Shown here: positions 55,271 to 64,000 of the stretch, in pieces
Position numbering within the stretch: position 1 is the first letter of the stretch
How the letters are laid out: every line of letters begins with the position of its first letter
From: the human T2T-CHM13v2.0 reference genome, Homo sapiens
Direction: 5' to 3' (one strand)
Length of the DNA stretch: 64,000 nucleotides
Assembly (NCBI RefSeq): GCF_009914755.1
Contig: NC_060947.1
Made by a program: the position numbers and the translations under genes
The notes under the pieces: generated by a model
Told to the model about the DNA's origin: nothing
The model's input: the letters and a program-made list of their open reading frames with translations, nothing else
Databases searched by the model: none

Positions 55271-56084
55271 AATAATAATTTAAAAAGTTATTGGTAATGA
55301 AAGTTTCATTAACAACAACAACAATAATGTTATTAATGCCAATAGCATTAGTATACAGTCTAACAAATAAAATCATATGCAACTGATGATATTGGTATTA
55401 GTAATAACCGATATTTGAATCTACTCTTTCTTCCTAAGCTTAGCACAAAATAAGGACTTTTCATTCTCTATTTTCTTCCTATCTCTCTCTCTTTATGACT
55501 AACATCTCAGCTCACATTGATTTTTCTCTTGAATTTTAATTTTCTTTTTTACCCTCTTTTTTATTTTCCTATTTTAGGCACTCATTATTTCTCACCTAGA
55601 CTCTAACAGCAGTATCTTCACTGGTATCTCAGTCCAAGTTTTGGTGCCCTCTAATTATTTCCAATTCAGCAGGCAGAGTTGTGTTAAAATATAAGTCTGC
55701 TCACATCTTGTCTTTCCTCAGAAATTTTCAAATGCACCCCAATACAAATATACCATTTTCTTTTCACCTTCATTATGTCTGCTAGGATTTTCATCCTGGA
55801 TTTGTCTCTTACTTGCTATGTGACCTTTGGAAAGTTACCAAGCCTTAGTTTTCTCGTATCTACCCACTGGGTAGTTGTGAAGATGAAATGATTTAATTGA
55901 ATATGTATAAAACACTTACCACAGTGCCTGGCACATAATAAGTACTTAATAAATGAAAATATTATCATCACTCTAGTCTGATTAATGGTTACATTAACCC
56001 CTACATTAATCTCTAAGATCCAGGCACAAAGAACATCTCACTTTCCAAATATGTCAGATTATTCCACACCTCCATAGCCATGAA

Positions 56085-56960
<876 letters not shown>

Positions 56961-57553
56961 TCAAGCAGCATCCTCAACCCTGATGGCTTCCTGGGCTATC
57001 CCTGTGCCTCCTACAATGAGTTTTGGGAGGTAGGTTACCCCAGAAGCCTGAGGAAGATGTTGGTGGCCCTGTTTTGGGTGTTTTTGCATTCCTGTGGCTT
57101 AGAACAGAACAAAGAGATGTAACTCTGCAACGAATGCGAGGCGAATAGCTGTTTCCCTTGTCCAGCTGAAGGATGCCCCAAAATGGGGCACTATGCTGAC
57201 CAATTTAAGGGGAAAACCAGTGCCGTTGAACAAATATTTTTCCTCAACACAGGAGAGAGTGGTAACTTTACTAGTTGGAGATATAAGGTATCAGTCACAC
57301 TGTCTGGAAAAAAGAAAGTGAGTGGGTACATCAGGATTGCTTTGTATGGAAGTAATGGAAACTCAAAACAATATGAGATTTTCAAAGGATCCCTCAAACC
57401 AGATGCAAGTCACATGCATGATATTGATGTGGATCTCAATGTTGGAAAAATACAGAAAGTTAAGTTCCTCTGGAACAACCATGTGATAAATCTATTCTGG
57501 CCCAAACTGGGGGCTTCCCAAATCACAGTGCAAAGTGGTGAAGATGGGACTGA
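56961..57553 (+). pseudogene. PNLIPRP2: Semi-processed, 5'-truncated copy of pancreatic lipase-related protein 2 (end of the catalytic domain plus most of the C-terminal PLAT domain)
   Basis: 56961-57029 encodes SSILNPDGFLGYPCASYNEFWE. 57144-57553 encodes NSCFPCPAEGCPKMGHYADQFKGKTSAVEQIFFLNTGESGNFTSWRYKVSVTLSG...QSGEDGTE without introns. A 114-nt insert starting GTAGGT (57030-57143) holds an in-frame TAA at 57120. No signal peptide or catalytic triad. The symbol names the parent gene. Confidence 0.93.
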
Positions 57554-58670
57554 GTATGTATTTTTTATTGCATCTAAGTTTGGTTACTTATATTTACATA
57601 TTGATTTACCTGTCTATGCATTCATTCATCCAGTTACCCACCTACCCACCTACTCATCCATTCATCTACCCATTTATCCATTTCTCTACCCATTTATCCA
57701 TTTCTCTATCCTTTTTATCCTCTATACTTTTAACCACTTAGCCACTTACCCATTCACTTATTCCTCTACCCATCCACCCAGACATCTATCTCCTCATTCT
57801 TCTGGCCCTCCAGCCATTCTTTGATCTTCTCATCCATCCATTCATCTTTCCAGCTATTCATCTTAACTCTCCATCCATCCATCTGATTTACTGTGAAAAA
57901 CCAAACATCATTTTCCTTAGGCAAAATTCAACTTGGCAGGGGCAAGGCAATGAATGTAGGCACAGATTCAAGAAACAGGCAAATATGAATGACTGTTTTA
58001 TCTCAAACAATGAGGAAAACACCTGGGAAGCACGTAGGGGAAATCTCTGAGTTAATTCCAGTTTACGTGCAGTTACTAATGTAAACTGGTTTGTTTGGAG
58101 ACTATTGCATGAGAGGGATACACACTGTGTTGGGGATCTGGCTCATAGTGGCAAGCTTTTCCATTCTGAGGGAATAGAATCCTACTTGGTAGGCATGAGA
58201 GAGAACATAATTGTTTTTGAAATATGGAAAGAAAGAAGGACACCTCAAAAGAGGATAATTCAAAAATAATGGAATATTAGAGAATAAAGGAAACGTAAAT
58301 GTCGACTCTCAACTGCTCTCATTTTAAGATGAGGAAATAAGATTTGGAGAGTCAAATAACTTGTCTAAGGTCACATGGGGAATCTAAAGGGAAAAAATAT
58401 TGGACTTCAGAATGTTTTCAAAACTTACACCAAGACTTTGCTCCCCTGCTTGACTTAACTTTGCTGGCTGTAAAAGTGGCAATGATCCCAATTACTCAGT
58501 GTATTTTTGGAAGGATCAAATGTCACAGTTAGCATGCCATCACTTTGTATGCAGTAGACCGCCTTATCTGTGGGGGATGGGTGGTATTTTCCAAGACCCC
58601 AGTTGGATGCCTGAAACCTCAGATAGTACCAATTCTTATATATACTATTTTTTTTCCTAGTCATATATAC
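57554..58670 (+). other. Probable retained last intron of the lipase parent gene, with (CATC)n low complexity, a MIR and a truncated MER44
   Basis: Starts with the donor GTATGT exactly where lipase homology stops (GTE; the parent continues YNFC). (CATC)-rich 57620-57885, MIR ~58320-58420, MER44-like cagtagaccgccttatctgtgggggat...gcctgaaacctcagatagtacc at 58552-58670. Confidence 0.7.
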
Positions 58671-58754
58671 TATATGAATGGGAAATATAGTATGTGTATA
58701 GAATGGGAAAAATGTTTTGTAGTTTTCCAACTAAGTTTTGCCTTTTTGATAGTA

Positions 58755-59272
58755 CTTCTGTACACTGGTAATGAACAATTTAAAAATGAAATTACGAAAA
58801 GTAATTACATTTACAGTACTATCAAAAAGAATTAAATATATAGGAATTACTTTGACAAAAAAGGCAAAACTTAGTTGGAAAACTACAAAACATTTTTAAA
58901 AAGATATTAAAGAAAATCTAAATAAAAAACACGACTATGTTCATAGATCAGAAGGCAAAATCTTTAAGATGGCAATACTCCCTCAAACTGATTTATAGAT
59001 TCAATAAAATCCCTATTAGAATCCCAGATGGCTTCTTTGTAGAAATTGATCAGCTGATTCAAATTCCATGGAATTGGTTGGTTTCCAGATTAACCAAATC
59101 AATTTTGAAAAATAAGAATAAAACTGGAGGATTCACATTTCCTCCTTTCAAAACTTACTTCAAAGCAACAATAATCAGGACAGTATGGTACCACTGTAAG
59201 GACAGAGATATAGATCAATGAAATAGAATTGAGACTTAAGACATAAACCCATACATCTTGGTCAATTGATTT
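58755..59272 (+). mobile_element. Old L1M ORF2 fragment, post-RT region
   Basis: LYTGNEQFKNEI and LIYRFNKIPIRIPDGFFVEIDQLI...FKTYFKATIIRTVWY peptides. Confidence 0.88.
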
Positions 59273-62200
59273 TATTTTTGTTTCTTTTTTTAAATTATAC
59301 TTTAAGTTCTGGGATACATGTGCAGAACATGCAGGTTTGTTACATAGGTACACATGTGCCATGGTGGTTTGCTGCACCCATCAACCCCTCATCTACATTA
59401 GGTATTTCTCCTAATGCTATCTCTCCCCTAGACCCCTACCCCCCCAAAAGGCCCCAGTGTGTGATGTTCCCCTCCCTGTGTCCATGTGTTCTTATTGTTC
59501 AACTCCCACTTATGAGTGAGAACATGCAGTGTTTGGTTTTCTGTCCTTGTGATAGTTTCCTCAGAATGATGGTTTCCAGCTTCATCCATGTCCCTGCAAA
59601 GGACATGAACTCATGCTTTTTTTATGGCTGCATAGTATTCCATGGGGTATATGTGCCACATTTTCTTTATCCAGTCTATCATTGATGGGCATTTGGGTTG
59701 GTTCCAAGTCTTTGCTATTGTGAACAGTGCCACAATAAACATACATGTGCATGTCTCTTTATAGTAGAATGATTTATAATCCTTTGTGTATATACCCAGC
59801 AATGGGATTCCTGGGTCAAATGGTATTTCTAGTTCTAGATCCCTGAGGAATAGCCACACTGTCTTCCACAATGGTTGAACTAATTTACACTCCCACCAAC
59901 AGTGTAAAAGCATTCCTAGTTCTCCACATCCTTTCCAGCATTTGTTGTTTCCTGACTTTTTAATGATCACCATTCTAACTGGCGTGAGATGGTACCTCAT
60001 TGTGGTTTTGATTTGCCTTTCTCTAATGACCAGTGATGATGAGCAATTTTTCCATACATTTGTTGGCTGCATAAACGTCTTCTTTTGAGAAGTGAATGTT
60101 CATATCGTTCGCCCACGTTTTGATGGGTTTTTTTTTCTTGTAAAATTGTTTACGTTCTTTGTAGATTCTGGATATTAGCCCTTTGTCAGATGGATAGATC
60201 ACAAAAATTTTCTCCCATTCTGTAGGTTGCCTGGTAACTGTGATGATAGTTTCTTTTGCTGTGCAGAAGCTCTTTAGTTTAATTAGATCCCATTTGTCTA
60301 TTTTGGCTTTTGTTGCCATTGCTTTTGGTGTTTTAGTCATGAAGTGTTTGCCCATGCCTATGCTCTGAATGGTATTGCTTAGGCTTTCTTCTAGGGTTTT
60401 TATGGTTTTAGGTCTTATGCTTAAGTCATTAATCCATCTTGAGTTAATTTTTGTATAAGGTGTAAGGAAGGGATCCAGTTTCTGCTCTCTGCATATGGCT
60501 AGACAGCTCTCCCAACACCATTTATTAAATAAGGAATCCTTTCCCCATTGCTTGCTTTTGTCTGGTTTGTCAAAGATCAGATGCTTGTAGATATGTGGTG
60601 TTATTTCTGAGGCCTCTGTTCTGTTCCATTGGTCTATATATATTTTGGTACCAATACCATGCTGTTTTTGTTACTGTAGCCTTGTAGTATAGTTTGAAGT
60701 CAGGCAGCATGAGGCCTCCAAGCTTTGTTCTTTTTGCTTAGGATTTTCTTGGCTATGTGGACTCTTTTCTGTTTCCATATGAAATTTGAAGTAGTTTTTT
60801 CCAATTCCGTGAAGAAAGTCAATGGTAGCTTGATGGGGATAGCACTGAATCTATAAATTACTTTGGGCAGTATGGCCATTTTCACAATATTGATTCTTCC
60901 TATCCATGAACATGGAATGTTTTTCCATTTCTTTGTGTCCTCTCTTATTTCCTTGAGCAGTGGTTTGTAGTTCTCCTTGAAGAGGTCCTTCATATCCCTT
61001 TTAAGTTGGATTCCTAGGTATTTTATTCTGTTTGTAGTAATTGTGAATGAGAGTTCACTCATGATTTGGCTCTCTGTTTGTCTGTTATTGGTGTACAGGA
61101 ATGCTTGTGATTTTTGCACATTGATTTTGTATCCTGAGACTTTGCTGAAGTTGCTTATCAGCTTAAGGGGATTTTGGTCTGAGATTATGGGGTTTTCTAA
61201 ATATACAATCATGTCATCTACAAACAGAGACAATTTGACTTCCTCTTTTCCTAATTGAATATCTTTTATTTCTTTCTCTTGCCTGATTACCCTGGCCAGA
61301 ACTTCCAATACTATGTTGATTAGGGCTGGTGAGATAGGACATCCTTGCCTTGTGCTGGTTTTAAAAGGCAATGCTTCCAGTTTTTGCCCATTCAGTATGA
61401 TATTGGCTATGGGTTTGTCATAAATAGCTCTTACTATTTTGAGATAGTTTCCATCAATACTTAGTTCATTGAGAGTTTTTAGCGTGAAGGGCTGTTGAAT
61501 TTTGTTGAAGGCCTTTTCTGCATCTATTGAGATAATCATGTGGTTTTTGTCATTGGTTCTGTTTATGTGATGGATTACATTTATTGATTTGTGTATGTTG
61601 AACCAGCCTTGCATCCCCAGGATGAAGCCAACTTGATCGTGGTGGATAAGCTTTTTGATGTGCTGCTGTATTCGGTTTGCCAGTATCTTATTGAGGATTT
61701 CTGCATCAAAGTTCATCAGGGATATTGCCCTAAAATTTTCTTTTTTTGTTGTGTCTCCGCCAGGTTTTGGTATCAGGACAATGTTGGGCTCATAAAATGA
61801 GTTAGGGAGGATTCCCTCTTTTTCTATTCTTTGGAATAGTTTCAAAAGGAATGGTACCAGCTCCTCTTTGTACCTCTGGTAGAATTCGGCTGTGAATCCG
61901 TCTGGTCCTGGACTTTTTTGGTTGGTAGGCTATTAATTACTGCCTTAATTTCAGAACTTGTTATTCGTTTATTCAGGGATTTGACTTCTTCCTGGTTTAG
62001 TCTTGGGAGGGTGTATGTGTCCAGGAATTTATCCATTTCTTCTAGATTTTCTAGTTTATTTGTGTAGAAGTGTTTATAGTATTCTCTGACGGTACTTTGC
62101 ATTTCTGTGGGATTGTTGGTGATATCCCCTTTATCATTTTTTATTGCGTCTATTTGATTCTTCTCTCTTCTCTTCTTTATTAGTCTGGCTATCAGTCTAT

Positions 62201-64000
62201 TTATTTTGTTGATCTTTTCAAAAAACTGGCTCCTGGATTCATTGATTTTTTGAAGGGTTTTTCGTGTCTCTATCTCCTTCAGTTCTGCTCTAATCTTAGT
62301 TATTTCTTGTCTTCTGCTAGCTTTTGAATTTGTTTGCTTTTGCTTCTCTAGTTCTTTTAATTGTGATGTTAGTGTGTCGATTTTAGATCTTTCCTGCTTT
62401 CTCTTGTGGGCATTTAGTGCTATACATTTCCCTCTACACACTGCTTTAATGTGTCCCAGTGATTCTGGTATGTTGTGTCTTTGTTCTCATTGGTTCCAAA
62501 GAACATCTTGATTTCTGCCTTCATTTCGTTGTTTACCCAGTAGTCATTCAGGAGCAGGTTGTTCAGTTTCCAGGTAATTGTGTGGTTTTGAGTGGGTTTC
62601 TTAATCCTGAGTTCTAATTTGATTGCATTGTGGTCTGACAGACTGTTTTGTTATGATTTCCGTTCTCTTGCATTTGCTAAGGAGTGTTTTACTTCCAATT
62701 ATGTAGTCAATTTTAGAATAAGTGAGATGTGGTGCTGAGAAGAACACATATTCTGTTGATTTGGGGTGGAGAGTTCTGTAGATGTCTATTAGGTCCACTT
62801 GACCCAGAGCTGAGTTCAAGTCCTGGATATCCTTGTTAATTTTCTGTCTTGTTGATCTGTCTAATATTGACAGTGGGGTGTTAAAGTCTCCCACTATTAT
62901 TGTGTGTGAGTCTAAGTCTCTTTGCAGGTGTCAAAGAACTTGCTTTATGAATCTGGATGCTCCCGTATTGGGTGCATATATATTTAGGATAGTTACCTCT
63001 TCTTTTGCATTGATCCCTTTACCATTATATAATGACCTTCTTTCTCTCTTTTGATCTTTGTTGGTTTAAAGTCTGTTTTATCAGAGACTAGGATTGCAAC
63101 CCCTGCTTTTTGTTTTTGTTTTTTTTTGCTTTCCATTTGCTTGGTAAATATTCTTCCATCCCTTTATTTTGAGCCTATGTGTGTCTTTGCATGTGTGATG
63201 GGTCTCCTGAATATAGCACCCTGATAGGTCTTGACTCTTTATCCAATTTGTCAGTCTGTGTCTTTTAATTGGGGCATTTAGCTAGTTCACATTTAAGGTT
63301 AATATCATTATACGTGAATTTGATCCTGTCGTTATGATGCTAGCTGGTTGTTTTGCCCATTAGTTGATGCAGTTTCTTCACAGCGTCGATGGTCTTTACA
63401 ATTTGGTATGTTTTTCCAGTGGCTGGTACCAGTTGTTCCTTTCCATGTTTACTGCTTCCTTCAGGAGCTCTTGTAAGGCAGGCCCGGTGGTGACAAAATC
63501 TCTCAGCATTTGCTTGTCTGTAAAGGATTTTATTTCTCCTTCACTTATGAAGCTTAGTTTGGCTGCATATGAAATTCTGGGTTGAAAATTCTTTTCTTTA
63601 AGAATGTTGAATATTGGCCTTCACTTTCTTCTGGCTTGTAGGGTTTCTGCAGAGATACCCACTTTTAGTCTGAAGGGGTTCCCTTTGTGGATAACCCAAC
63701 CTTTCTCTCTGGGTGCCCTTAACATTTTTTCCTTCATTTTAACCTTGGTGAATCTGACAATTATATATCTTGAGGTTGCTCTTCTGGAGGAGTATTTTTG
63801 TGGTGTTCTCTGTATTTCCTGAATTTGAATGTTGGCCTGCCTTGCTAAGTTGGGGAAGTTCTCCTGGATAATATCCTGAAGAGTGTTTTCCAACTTGGTT
63901 TCATTCTCCCCATCATTTTCAGGTACACCAATCAAACATAGATTTGGTCTTTTCACAAAGTTCCATATTTCTTGGAGGCTTCATTCGTTTCTTTTCATCC
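59273..64000 (-). mobile_element. L1PA7-like LINE-1: 3' UTR, frameshifted ORF2 and part of ORF1; runs off the window
   Basis: ORF-track peptides for ORF1 (KRPNLCLIGVPE...), EN (GDFNTPLS), RT ([19 protein letters not shown]) and C-terminus ([15 protein letters not shown]). 3' UTR catctacattagg. ORF2 start appears mutated to ACG near 63332. Confidence 0.95.

Noticed and set aside
57183-57824. 213-aa ORF as the functional PNLIPRP2 gene
   Set aside because: It lacks the N-terminal exons, catalytic residues and last exon, has introns removed, and sits inside an L1. It is a derived copy.
59611-63956. Long ORFs (up to 381 aa) as genes or an active L1
   Set aside because: They are frameshifted pieces of L1 ORF1/ORF2 with an FVDD RT motif and an apparently mutated ORF2 start.

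Overview
Primate (human-like, hominoid-grade) nuclear DNA, AT-rich and intergenic or deep intronic. It is dominated by interspersed repeats: L1 of several ages, Alu, MIR, L2, L3/CR1, an RTE-clade fragment, MLT/THE1/LTR5 LTRs, and MER/Tigger DNA transposons. I see no intact protein-coding gene; nearly all ORFs in the track are repeat-derived or chance. The best signals are: (1) a semi-processed pancreatic lipase-related protein 2 (PNLIPRP2) copy at ~56961-58700 with no poly(A) and no TSD, which replaces ~1.8 kb of an old L1 and ends in a patchwork of inverted templated snippets, suggesting RNA capture at a DNA break; (2) a nested SVA-type 3' transduction at ~49050-51153; (3) a BC200-like retrocopy; (4) hairpin/template-switch scars beside a MER1B; (5) a 90-bp local duplication; (6) two twin-primed L1s. 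Repeat names come from recalled consensus sequences, not a database search, and boundaries are approximate unless a TSD is quoted. I found no evidence of a wholly new multi-gene system; the novelty here is in genome-rearrangement mechanisms.
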